Below are positions 1-8,016 of a stretch of 64,000 nucleotides of DNA, piece after piece (position 1 is the stretch's first letter; each line of letters begins with the position of its first letter). This stretch comes from a virus. The stretch lies in the IMG/VR virus record IMGVR_UViG_3300046808_001035; one strand, 5' to 3'. The notes beneath the pieces were generated by a model, which was given only the letters and a program-made list of their open reading frames with translations, did not search any database and was not told where the DNA came from. The position numbers were made by a program, and so were the translations under genes.

Positions 1-34
1 AAGTATCCTATCTTTTTAACCTTGTTGCAACAAA

Positions 35-133
35 AAACTCTGGTTGGATTCGAACCAACGGCATTCGCTTTATTCCCAGCATTTTGGCCCTTAACCGTGA
101 GGGAGCGATGGTCTACCACTGAACTACAGAGTT
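35..133 (-). tRNA. Aberrant tRNA-like element (tRNA-Asn-like body) with 34-nt expanded anticodon loop, no encoded CCA
   Basis: Minus strand: acceptor AACTCTG/CAGAGTT, D arm GTTC-AGTGGTA-GACC, stem TCGCT/AGCGA enclosing 34 nt, T arm GTTGG-TTCGAAT-CCAAC. Confidence 0.7.
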
Positions 134-147
134 TGTCTGCTGCAAGA

Positions 148-222
148 TGGTCGTGACGGTGAGAATCGAACTCACGTGGTCTTGCTCCCAAGGCAAGTGC
201 CTGGCCTCTAGGCTACGTCACG
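148..222 (-). tRNA. tRNA-Pro(UGG)
   Basis: Cloverleaf: CGTGACG acceptor, CTTGC-CT-TGG-GA-GCAAG anticodon arm, GTGAG-TTCGATT-CTCAC T arm, ACCA end. Confidence 0.93.
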
Positions 223-226
223 TAAA

Positions 227-301
227 TGGAGCCAGCACTCGGATTTGAACCGAGGACCTACGGTTTACAAAACCGGTGCTCTACCGCTGAGCTATGCTGG
301 C
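227..301 (-). tRNA. tRNA-Thr(UGU)
   Basis: Cloverleaf: GCCAGCA acceptor, CGGT-TT-TGT-AA-ACCG anticodon arm, CTCGG-TTCAAAT-CCGAG T arm, TCCA end. Confidence 0.93.
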
Positions 302-316
302 TTACGGACTGCTCTA

Positions 317-325
317 AGTATAACA
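317..325 (-). promoter_or_regulatory. Putative extended -10 promoter for the tRNA cluster
   Basis: TG-T-TATACT on the minus strand ~15 nt upstream of the tRNA-Thr 5' end. Confidence 0.45.
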
Positions 326-350
326 CAAAGAGCAGCCACATGATCAACAA

Positions 351-578
351 CTATTCTACACTATTAATGAAATCAATATATTTCTTAGCGTATTCTAGCA
401 CTTCATCATCTGATGGATAATAATCTGCGGAGAGGTTAAAATAGTTATCATGTCCCAACGACTCAGCTGGTTTAAGTGCTGCTGCAGCTCTAGCCATATG
501 CTCAAACTTAGCTTGCAAGTGTACAAAGGCTAGCTGCAGCGCGTCTTGTCTCAGTTCTTTATCAGATTTTCCATTCAT
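351..578 (-). CDS. Hypothetical protein
   Basis: 75-aa ORF with ATGA-type overlap to the upstream gene. Confidence 0.7.
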   Translation of the reverse strand: MNGKSDKELRQDALQLAFVHLQAKFEHMARAAAALKPAESLGHDNYFNLSADYYPSDDEVLEYAKKYIDFINSVE

Positions 579-835
579 ATTAGTCCTTGGTCTTTTAGTT
601 TTTTGTATTCTTGTTGAGCTATAACGAAGCCTTCGGGAGTATGCTTGAAGATGTTGGGATCGTCTGTAGGCTCTACAAAGCCTTCTAGCACTAGATAATG
701 CATCGTCTTTCTAGCTTTCAGCATCATCTCAGCAAAAAGTTTCTGTATCTCTCTTTGCTTATTTGTTTCTCCAGGCATATCTTCTTCTTCGTCATACTCG
801 TCATCATCGTCGTTCCAAGAGTCTTCGTTAGCCAT
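575..835 (-). CDS. Hypothetical protein with acidic N-terminus
   Basis: 86-aa ORF, N-terminal D/E run, in operon context. Confidence 0.7.
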   Translation of the reverse strand: MANEDSWNDDDDEYDEEEDMPGETNKQREIQKLFAEMMLKARKTMHYLVLEGFVEPTDDPNIFKHTPEGFVIAQQEYKKLKDQGLI

Positions 836-843
836 TGTTTTAT

Positions 844-951
844 TTATAGGGTTTCGTTTTCTAGCTGCAAGGAATATTCAATCTTATTGAAATTTTTATC
901 CCAAAACTCTAATTGTTCTATGCTGGGTATGAACAGGTCAAGTTGTGTCAT
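844..951 (-). CDS. Small hypothetical protein (35 aa, MTQLDLFIPSIEQLEFWDKNFNKIEYSLQLENETL)
   Basis: Not in ORF track; fills the gap exactly and its ATG overlaps the resolvase stop (ATGA). Confidence 0.5.
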   Translation of the reverse strand: MTQLDLFIPSIEQLEFWDKNFNKIEYSLQLENETL

Positions 952-1451
952 AATGGTTGAAGATCTCTACGTCGCATGTACTCGGCTATAAGTAGCCCGT
1001 CTGCGTCTTTTTTAATGTTTAGTGAAGGAAACAGTCTTTTTCCTATGTCTAGACTAGCTGCCTTGAGCTCCTCGCTACCTTTTAAACCTTTAGGCAGCAA
1101 AACCTTTTGCCATTCTTTACTGTCGATATACTCGTAAGGGAACATAGACCTCTCAAGCGCTATCAAGGTAGCTTCTAATGCTCTAATAGCGCTTAGTGTA
1201 GCGTTGAACCTTGTGCTGTTTACCATAGGGCGCTCAAGACCAACCTTTACCTGGTGCTCTCCAAAATCAATCAGTATATCTCCAAGAACTGATAATAGCC
1301 CGTCAAAGTCTATTCTTGAAATATGCTTCGCCTCTTTAGTATAACTAAGCTCTTTTTTAATTGGTAGTTTATATAGCTTAGCTTTACCACTATCACTAAT
1401 AGCACCAATACCATTATTGGTTACTCCGTTGTCGAATCCTATAAATATCAT
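948..1451 (-). CDS. RuvC-like Holliday junction resolvase
   Basis: N-terminal IGFDNG..NGIG, central LERP, WQK and C-terminal DADGLLIAEY motifs of RNase H-fold RuvC-like resolvases. Confidence 0.8.
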   Translation of the reverse strand: MIFIGFDNGVTNNGIGAISDSGKAKLYKLPIKKELSYTKEAKHISRIDFDGLLSVLGDILIDFGEHQVKVGLERPMVNSTRFNATLSAIRALEATLIALERSMFPYEYIDSKEWQKVLLPKGLKGSEELKAASLDIGKRLFPSLNIKKDADGLLIAEYMRRRDLQPL

Positions 1452-1462
1452 ATTTTTAATGT

Positions 1463-1492
1463 AGGCTCGCCACCATTATAGATGGCGAGCCT
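1463..1492. terminator. Intergenic stem-loop (terminator-like or mRNA-stabilising)
   Basis: Perfect 10-bp inverted repeat AGGCTCGCCA/TGGCGAGCCT; no clear U-tract. Confidence 0.45.
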
Positions 1493-1499
1493 TGTGCTG

Positions 1500-1718
1500 T
1501 TATACTATGGTTTCTAGGATAGCCATAACCTTCTCATAGTTTTTATGGTCTTTATTTCTGACTTTGAGATTGTTTTTTAGCCAACGAGCATCGTCGTTAT
1601 GCTTAACAGTCTTTCTATAGTCAGGAAGCTCCATTTTAGCTATCAGCTTTTCGACTTCCGCCAGTTTTTGTAGGTATTCGCTACGCATGAAACTCAAGAC
1701 CAAGATATCCAAGCTCAA
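1500..1718 (-). CDS. Hypothetical protein
   Basis: 72-aa ORF; true start may be the internal M (MRSEY). Confidence 0.6.
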   Translation of the reverse strand: MSLDILVLSFMRSEYLQKLAEVEKLIAKMELPDYRKTVKHNDDARWLKNNLKVRNKDHKNYEKVMAILETIV

Positions 1719-2190
1719 AGCTGGTTAAGCGCTCAAGAGCTTTTTCAACACCCAACGCATAGCAGAACGGATCATCTTTAGAGCATTCACTACTCAAGCA
1801 GATATACTTGTCTACACTGCTTTTGGGTTTAATTACAATGTGAGTATAACCTCCTTTAGGTAATAACCGGTATAGAGGATCTTTTCTGAACGTAGAGGGT
1901 ACGCAGATAGCATGTGATTCAAAATTAAACGCACGCCCTTTCTTACTAGTGTGTTCGTTTAATGCTAAATACATCGCCCATCTAAAATGCTTGATGCGTA
2001 CGCTATGCCCAGCCTTTTGAAGCTTTTCGATTGTTACTCCATTAGATGGATTACACCTTGGACCTTTAGGCCTAGGTTTAGAGATCCACTTCCAGACTTT
2101 GCCAGTGTCTTTTTCAAGTTTGGTTACTTCATTAGTCCCCGCGTCGAAAGTCCACGAATATAATGGATTGTCTTTGTATTTATTACTCAT
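1681..2190 (-). CDS. Hypothetical protein
   Basis: 169-aa ORF directly downstream of recA-like gene. Confidence 0.75.
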   Translation of the reverse strand: MSNKYKDNPLYSWTFDAGTNEVTKLEKDTGKVWKWISKPRPKGPRCNPSNGVTIEKLQKAGHSVRIKHFRWAMYLALNEHTSKKGRAFNFESHAICVPSTFRKDPLYRLLPKGGYTHIVIKPKSSVDKYICLSSECSKDDPFCYALGVEKALERLTSFELGYLGLEFHA

Positions 2191-2191
2191 A

Positions 2192-3412
2192 TTACAGTTC
2201 AGTTAGATGTGATGACTTTTCTAGTTCCGAGTCTACTTCAAGTTCGCTCTTTTTCTTTCTTTTTGTTTTGTTTGTTTCTGCGATTTCTTTCTCGATCTCT
2301 GGTGGAGGCATATCTGGAATGCCAAACGCGTGCCTTACTATTTCTTTAGCTTGAGGACTGTTTTTAAGTATAAAGCCCAGCTCTTGTTCTCTATACTTCT
2401 TTTCTGTATCTATTACACCATATTTCTTCTCACCACCTTCAAGCTCAAGTTCTACTTGAGTGTTCGGGGTTTTCCATGTGTACCAGCCTCCAGTCTTGCC
2501 TACAAGCGAAGTATACGCGTCACCAAGCATACGTACAAGAGGACTATACCAGTCGATACCTCCGTTGATATGAATATCAAACTCAATCTTCTGACTGTTA
2601 CCTTCACGTCCAAGCTTGTTGCGCTTGACTGTGAGTGTGTGGGTAGATCCGCTCTTGCGCTTCACTCCCATGTGATCTTCTTCTAGGTTGTCCCTAACTC
2701 TGGCTACCTTGAACTGATAGGTGCTATTGAATCGTTGAGCCTCACCCCCGATGAGTGCCTCAGGCTTTTCTGTACCGAAGCCTGTCATACCACCAATCTG
2801 TTCTTTTAATTGGTTGGTCGCCACAAACACAATATTCTCGCACTCTAGGTGAGGAATAATGTTTCTGTAGAAAGCACTCATCAGTTTTGCATGCTCACCT
2901 ACCTTTGTCTGTCCGATTACGTCTTGATCCTGCTCATACTCTGTACTACCGCCAGCGATACTATCTAGAGCAATCAGAATAGGTGTTTTACCGTCGCTGT
3001 GCTTTGCATAGTTCTCGATAATAATCTTACACAAAGTCAAAGCCTCTTCAAGGCTCTTTGGATTGTGATAGTGTACGCCTGCAGGGTCTACACCCTGAAG
3101 TTCCATATATCGGAAGTCAGGAGCGTTTTCAGTCTCAATCCAGAAGAACTTACCTCCTGCCTTCTGGAAGATTTTAGCCAGGTCGAATAGTAGCGTAGTT
3201 TTACTGCAGCCCTTTTTACCGTAGAGAAGATAGCATCGACCGTACGCCATAAAGCGACGGTCGAAGGCATACTCCAACAGGGGGTTATCTAAAACGATCC
3301 CTGTTGGAGGTAGCTCCTTATCTACGGTATTGAGCTCCAGATTAACTGCTTCAGCTTTGAATGTCTTAGCAAAGCTTTTCTTGATCGAGTTAATATAGGA
3401 GTCAATATCCAT
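2192..3412 (-). CDS. RecA/UvsX-like recombinase
   Basis: Walker A GKKGCSKTT, catalytic IETE, Walker B IALDSIA, ATNQL and GG (loop 2) motifs. Confidence 0.9.
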   Translation of the reverse strand: MDIDSYINSIKKSFAKTFKAEAVNLELNTVDKELPPTGIVLDNPLLEYAFDRRFMAYGRCYLLYGKKGCSKTTLLFDLAKIFQKAGGKFFWIETENAPDFRYMELQGVDPAGVHYHNPKSLEEALTLCKIIIENYAKHSDGKTPILIALDSIAGGSTEYEQDQDVIGQTKVGEHAKLMSAFYRNIIPHLECENIVFVATNQLKEQIGGMTGFGTEKPEALIGGEAQRFNSTYQFKVARVRDNLEEDHMGVKRKSGSTHTLTVKRNKLGREGNSQKIEFDIHINGGIDWYSPLVRMLGDAYTSLVGKTGGWYTWKTPNTQVELELEGGEKKYGVIDTEKKYREQELGFILKNSPQAKEIVRHAFGIPDMPPPEIEKEIAETNKTKRKKKSELEVDSELEKSSHLTEL

Positions 3413-3422
3413 AGTGTTTTTA

Positions 3423-4451
3423 TTACATTTCGTTCATGAACCGCAGTGCTTCTTCGCGGCTCATTTGTCTAGAGGCCATCGGGTTTGGGGGGAGTGAGCT
3501 TAGATCGACTGGTTGAACTGCAGGAATAGCTACACTAGCTACAGCCACTGGAGCGATAGAAGCTTTTGGAATGTCTAATACAGGTACCGCTGCAGGCACA
3601 GGAATCTTAGGTGCTTCTTGCACAGGAGCGAGACAAATATTGTCAGCCTTCTGCTCAAAACTAGCTCCACGCCCCTGAGGCTTTAATAGCCCTGGATAAC
3701 CATTCATACAATCGTCAAAAATATCTGCGCTATACATCTCACGAAGCTTGGCAAGAATATCTTCTTTGGTCTTTGTGACGAATACGTCGTCAAGGTCGTA
3801 CAGATAATCGCTGTCGGCCAGCTGCTCAGGAAGCTTTACCGCCTGACTGCTCTCTACTTGAACAGTCCAGGGGTTTTGTGAACCTTCTTTAAGCTTGATA
3901 TATACAGGAACACAACGATCAGGGTCATTGATTGGATTTCTTGGGTTGCCTTGAAGATCTTTGCCGCCAAGCCAATTCATAAGAATATCTGCACCATTGC
4001 GCAAAGGAAGATCGAGCACATGCGCACCAGCTGAAAGATTTTGGGCAAAAGCTACATTGTACACTACACGGTCGGTAACACGACCACAGAACGGATACTG
4101 CTTGAACTTCTTACCGTTATTATCTACGTCACGCACACGAGACTCTTCAGGGTAGAGGATCTTGAGGTTGTTTGCAAAATATTCTGCAGGGTCCTGAAGC
4201 TTGTTAGGAATGAAATACTTTTCTTTGTAGCTAGTGCCGAAATTGTCACGCACGCTGATACGCTTGTACCAGATACCATTACCAGAACTGTCAGCCTTGT
4301 AGGCAGGAAGGAAGTAGAGATAAGCGCCCTCGACATTAGATGTTTTACTGAAGATGGCCCTACGCACACCGTCCTTGATGTAAGGTGTCGCAGAAGAGCC
4401 GAGGTTGAGTTCACTGCCTTCGAATTTAAGAGATGGTTTGATGATTGCCAT
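3423..4451 (-). CDS. Probable single-stranded DNA-binding protein (gp32-like)
   Basis: Adjacent to RecA; size; YFLPAY motif; low-complexity Pro/Ala/Val C-terminal tail; A/C-rich leader suggesting high expression. Inference. Confidence 0.5.
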   Translation of the reverse strand: MAIIKPSLKFEGSELNLGSSATPYIKDGVRRAIFSKTSNVEGAYLYFLPAYKADSSGNGIWYKRISVRDNFGTSYKEKYFIPNKLQDPAEYFANNLKILYPEESRVRDVDNNGKKFKQYPFCGRVTDRVVYNVAFAQNLSAGAHVLDLPLRNGADILMNWLGGKDLQGNPRNPINDPDRCVPVYIKLKEGSQNPWTVQVESSQAVKLPEQLADSDYLYDLDDVFVTKTKEDILAKLREMYSADIFDDCMNGYPGLLKPQGRGASFEQKADNICLAPVQEAPKIPVPAAVPVLDIPKASIAPVAVASVAIPAVQPVDLSSLPPNPMASRQMSREEALRFMNEM

Positions 4452-4528
4452 ATGTTTTAGTTTGAGTTTTGTTGGTTGGTTGTTTAACTGGGTATAAGTA
4501 TAAAGCTGTGAATCTGTGAGAGCTTAGG

Positions 4529-5119
4529 TTAAATCATGAAGATATTTTTGTACGTAACTTGTCCTCTGAGCTTGTTGAGGAATGTCTGCACCATCATACC
4601 TGCCACAATAATCGGCAAGGCGTGACTGATATTTTGCTCTTTCTCATAAGCAAGCAAACAGCCACCTTCTTCGTTACTGTCATCAATGTATGGAAGCAAC
4701 GCCTCTTTAGTTAAATCACTGTTAAACAGCGCTGCCTGTCTGCTGGTGCACCTACCGTCGATCCAGAATAGCTTATCTTTTTCTTGTGTCCAGCTGTATT
4801 CATACAGCGACTTACGAAACGCCATACTGTCTACGCAGCTGAAGATCAGGTCGTATTTGCTAAAGTCTTCGACCAGCATCCTACGCCTGATACCCCTTAC
4901 AATATACTTGTCCTCAAGGACTTCTACTTTGTACCTGCCTACATCATCAAGCTTAAAGTTCTGATGTAGAAGATTTGAGACATCTACCTGGTCGTCGTCG
5001 TAAATATCTATGTCTACTTCTGTATAGTTGAATTGCTTTCTGTTGTAGCCATAGTCAAAAAGGATAGCGAGTAGATTACTGCCAATACCTCCAGCGCCAG
5101 CGATTGCGATACTATTCAT
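4529..5119 (-). CDS. ThiF/MoeB/E1-family adenylating enzyme
   Basis: IAIAGAGGIGS nucleotide-binding loop, DDDQVDVSNLLHQ, VGRYK, SCVDS..R, WIDGR; single Cys in EGGC; no CxxC zinc pairs. Confidence 0.9.
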   Translation of the reverse strand: MNSIAIAGAGGIGSNLLAILFDYGYNRKQFNYTEVDIDIYDDDQVDVSNLLHQNFKLDDVGRYKVEVLEDKYIVRGIRRRMLVEDFSKYDLIFSCVDSMAFRKSLYEYSWTQEKDKLFWIDGRCTSRQAALFNSDLTKEALLPYIDDSNEEGGCLLAYEKEQNISHALPIIVAGMMVQTFLNKLRGQVTYKNIFMI

Positions 5120-5543
5120 TTTGTGTTTTACTAAGTTCTTCTCGGGTTACGATTTCTTTCAATACTGATTGGTCATTCTCCCATGTTGAGTATGAAAACA
5201 CACCATGGTTTCTTGCTGCATAGATTACATTGTGCTTAAACCCTTGGAACAATGTATCTAGATCTAGATTACTAGGGTACGGAGAAAAGCTTGGGTGTGT
5301 GTGAAAGCTAGCACAGATCTCCCAACCTTCCTTATACCTGTCAAACAATAGCTTACCTAACTCTAGCTTATCTGCCTCATACAAACTTATTGCTGTGTGC
5401 GATCCTTTGTGTTTGTTTTTGATTTTTACAAACCGGTAATCATCTTTTCGAGCTAGTAGCACACCACCCTCTTCCTCAAGAGGGTGGTCGCACTGGTCTG
5501 CCGCATCAAGCACAGCTTTTGCGAATGCTGGTTTATCAAGCAT
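5112..5543 (-). CDS. JAB/MPN+ (JAMM) metalloprotease
   Basis: EEGG ... FHTHPSFSPYPSNLD matches E-Xn-HxH-X7-S-X2-D; start taken at ATG 5543 (8-nt overlap with upstream stop). Confidence 0.9.
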   Translation of the reverse strand: MLDKPAFAKAVLDAADQCDHPLEEEGGVLLARKDDYRFVKIKNKHKGSHTAISLYEADKLELGKLLFDRYKEGWEICASFHTHPSFSPYPSNLDLDTLFQGFKHNVIYAARNHGVFSYSTWENDQSVLKEIVTREELSKTQNE

Positions 5544-7572
5544 TTGTTTTATTCGCGAGGGATGCAACAATACCAGCCACCAAACCATCAGCTTCACGCT
5601 CAGGTGTGTGTGCGTGTTCGTTCTCGTATTGAGGCTGCGCGGCTCCTCGAAGAGTACTTACACTAGACTGCAACACGCTGTCGTTTTTAAGTGTAAGTAA
5701 TCTGGTCGCCACGTCGTCATAGCCTGCACCGTCATAGTGTCTATCGTTCACAATACAGCGATACTGCTTTGTGTCAAAATCATATACCTTAGCGTTTTCA
5801 ATCACAATTGCGTATGTTCTCAGGCTGCCTGTAACCTTGTAGGCTCTTTTGCCTTTGAACTCGATGAGTTCAGCTCCTGTCATGGCTACAGCTGTGGCCA
5901 TGAACTCTTTCGATCGCTCGATAGCACTAAGCTTTTCAGTCTTTGCTACATCTAGTAGTGCACACAAGTCATCTTCAGTAATCAAGCACTTTTGCGTTAC
6001 TGTCTTAAAACCACTAGCGTTAGACTCTTCTTCTTTAAAAGTACAGCACTCAAGCAAAGCTTTAATTATTTGCTCCGCTCCCCATAGGTAGTTTCTATAC
6101 CCACTTCTATAACCGTTTGCTCTGGTAGAGTAGAAATACTGGTTGTCTGTTTTTTTGTTGACCGCCTCAGCTCGCTTAACTAGCCTTCCTAGGTGAACCT
6201 TTACAGAGCGCTCGGACGAAACCTCAAGCTTATAATCTCCTTCTTTATCCACAAAGAATTTTAACCTTGGTGCGTCTAGTGAAGGCTCAGGATTGCGATA
6301 TTCTGCACCAGTCATACTATGGTGTATTTTCAAGGCAAGTCCGTTAGCTATAACATCATGCATCTTTAGGCTTAGATTGGACGTAGCCTTTACAAACAGT
6401 CTATACTCTTCACTACTGTGATAGCAGCTTGCGCGATAAATCACTGTAGCAACCTCAGACTTATTAATACGTATGTCGTTAACAAAGCGTTGTCCGTTAT
6501 CGTTCAGAGCTGCTTTGATAGGTATACCATTAATCTTGATCTCTGCAGTATACACTTTACCGTCCAGGGGAGTTGTCATGGTGTCTAGCTGCGATTCAAT
6601 ATTTCTAGCGACAACATTACAAATAGTATAAATATCGAACTCACCATCAAAATTAAGATTTGTGTGAAGCAGCTCGAGCAGGTTATCGGCCTCGATGATC
6701 ACATTATCATATGCGACTCTATGCTTATAGAACTGAATGTTCTGTAGCATGGTGCCTTCTATATCACTATTGATGATCTTACTGATTACTACAAGAGTTG
6801 TATTTTTCTTGTAGTCTCTGTCTATGCACTCAGCCAGCTCTTTATACTTATCTTTATTCTCGGTAGTGAGATTTTTGATCATCTTGAGCTTTAAGAGCTC
6901 TGCGTCGTACTTGTTGATAAAGCACTCTTTAGTCAGGAATTTAACCAGAGAGGGCTGCAGCTTACACAACATAAAAACGTAAGCTGTATGCACGTCATAG
7001 CTATTAGAGGCAATGAATGTGCTTGTGTAAGAGGCGTCATCTTCGATATCAAGCAAATAAAAACCTGCGTCGAGATAGTCATACAAGGGCTCGTCTTCTC
7101 TAGCAATCAAGCTAATGATAGGCATGGATACGTCATCAGTGACGATTCGATAAGTGTTGTCACCCTCAACACACTCAATCGGGGCACTCGCTATGATTTT
7201 AGGCACATACTGAGGAGGAACTGACTCTGGAATAATTTTTAGTGTATTGAATAGTGTTGAATGCGCTTTGAGAATAACTCTTAGCGTCCTTTTATCGCTT
7301 CCGGACAAGTAGTCTGCAACCCGAACCAATTCATCGTGAGTTAAACCATCACACTTTAGGTGCAGCGTTCTAAAGTCTGCGATGACTTTAGAAAAGGCAT
7401 GCATTTTTTCTACAGACTCAAACTCAAGGTGCCTAAAGTCTATAAAATTAATCGGTGTGTAGTTCGGCCCCCAGCGCGAGTCTACACACACTTCAGCGTT
7501 CTTGAGATGCTTAGCAGCTTCATTAAACTGCTTGTTTATTAATTTATAGTCGTTTAATTGAAATGTGGCCAT
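5536..7572 (-). CDS. Large protein of unknown function in Ubl/JAB/E1 operon (C-terminal YRCIV Cys domain)
   Basis: ~678 aa from ATG 7572; the longer 7608 start lies inside a terminator hairpin; coupled to JAB gene. Confidence 0.8.
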   Translation of the reverse strand: MATFQLNDYKLINKQFNEAAKHLKNAEVCVDSRWGPNYTPINFIDFRHLEFESVEKMHAFSKVIADFRTLHLKCDGLTHDELVRVADYLSGSDKRTLRVILKAHSTLFNTLKIIPESVPPQYVPKIIASAPIECVEGDNTYRIVTDDVSMPIISLIAREDEPLYDYLDAGFYLLDIEDDASYTSTFIASNSYDVHTAYVFMLCKLQPSLVKFLTKECFINKYDAELLKLKMIKNLTTENKDKYKELAECIDRDYKKNTTLVVISKIINSDIEGTMLQNIQFYKHRVAYDNVIIEADNLLELLHTNLNFDGEFDIYTICNVVARNIESQLDTMTTPLDGKVYTAEIKINGIPIKAALNDNGQRFVNDIRINKSEVATVIYRASCYHSSEEYRLFVKATSNLSLKMHDVIANGLALKIHHSMTGAEYRNPEPSLDAPRLKFFVDKEGDYKLEVSSERSVKVHLGRLVKRAEAVNKKTDNQYFYSTRANGYRSGYRNYLWGAEQIIKALLECCTFKEEESNASGFKTVTQKCLITEDDLCALLDVAKTEKLSAIERSKEFMATAVAMTGAELIEFKGKRAYKVTGSLRTYAIVIENAKVYDFDTKQYRCIVNDRHYDGAGYDDVATRLLTLKNDSVLQSSVSTLRGAAQPQYENEHAHTPEREADGLVAGIVASLANKTNA

Positions 7573-7578
7573 AGTTAG

Positions 7579-7616
7579 AAATAAAAAGCCCCCTAGCACA
7601 CGAGGCACTAGGGGGC
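7579..7616 (-). terminator. Rho-independent terminator after Ubl gene
   Basis: GCCCCCTAG-11nt-CTAGGGGGC followed by TTTTTATTT on the minus strand. Confidence 0.8.
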
Positions 7617-7632
7617 ATAGCTGCAGTAGGGG

Positions 7633-7956
7633 CTACAGGCTTTGCTTGTCGCCACCAATCACCTGACCAGTAAGCATGACCTGAGCATTAGGATTTTGCT
7701 CAAGCTGGGTACGCAGCTTGGAAATATTAGCTTCGCTACGCGCAGAACTTCCTGCGAACTCGAAAGGAGCTCCGTTAATAAATACCCAATTCTTCTTTGT
7801 CTCTACCAGTTCAGTGATGTTGTCGATAGCCTGGTCGATATCGAGAGTGAGAGTGTCATGCCCAGTTTTGTTGGCTACGAGAAGAGTATACATGTTGGTG
7901 TTGTTGCTGGTGATTTCGGTTTCGTTGCTGTTGTTGTTGTTGACTTCGTTGTTCAT
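7633..7956 (-). CDS. Candidate ubiquitin-like (beta-grasp) modifier with C-terminal GG plus 5-residue tail
   Basis: Core ~86 aa from M at 7893: beta-beta-alpha pattern, WVFING, terminal strand QVMLTGQVIGG-DKQSL; first gene of the JAB/E1 operon. Confidence 0.7.
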   Translation of the reverse strand: MNNEVNNNNSNETEITSNNTNMYTLLVANKTGHDTLTLDIDQAIDNITELVETKKNWVFINGAPFEFAGSSARSEANISKLRTQLEQNPNAQVMLTGQVIGGDKQSL

Positions 7957-8016
7957 AACTAGTGTTTTGTTTGTTTTGGTTTGGTTTTACTGAGGTTTTC
8001 TAACAGATAGCTTATA

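Noticed and set aside
226-420. 64-aa plus-strand ORF
   Set aside because: Antisense to tRNA-Thr; a typical tRNA shadow ORF.
4529-5119. ThiF as a thiamine/molybdopterin biosynthesis auxiliary gene
   Set aside because: No ThiG/ThiS-pathway or MoaE genes in the window, no zinc CxxC pairs or rhodanese domain, and it is coupled to a JAB gene. Sulfur relay is not excluded but is less parsimonious.
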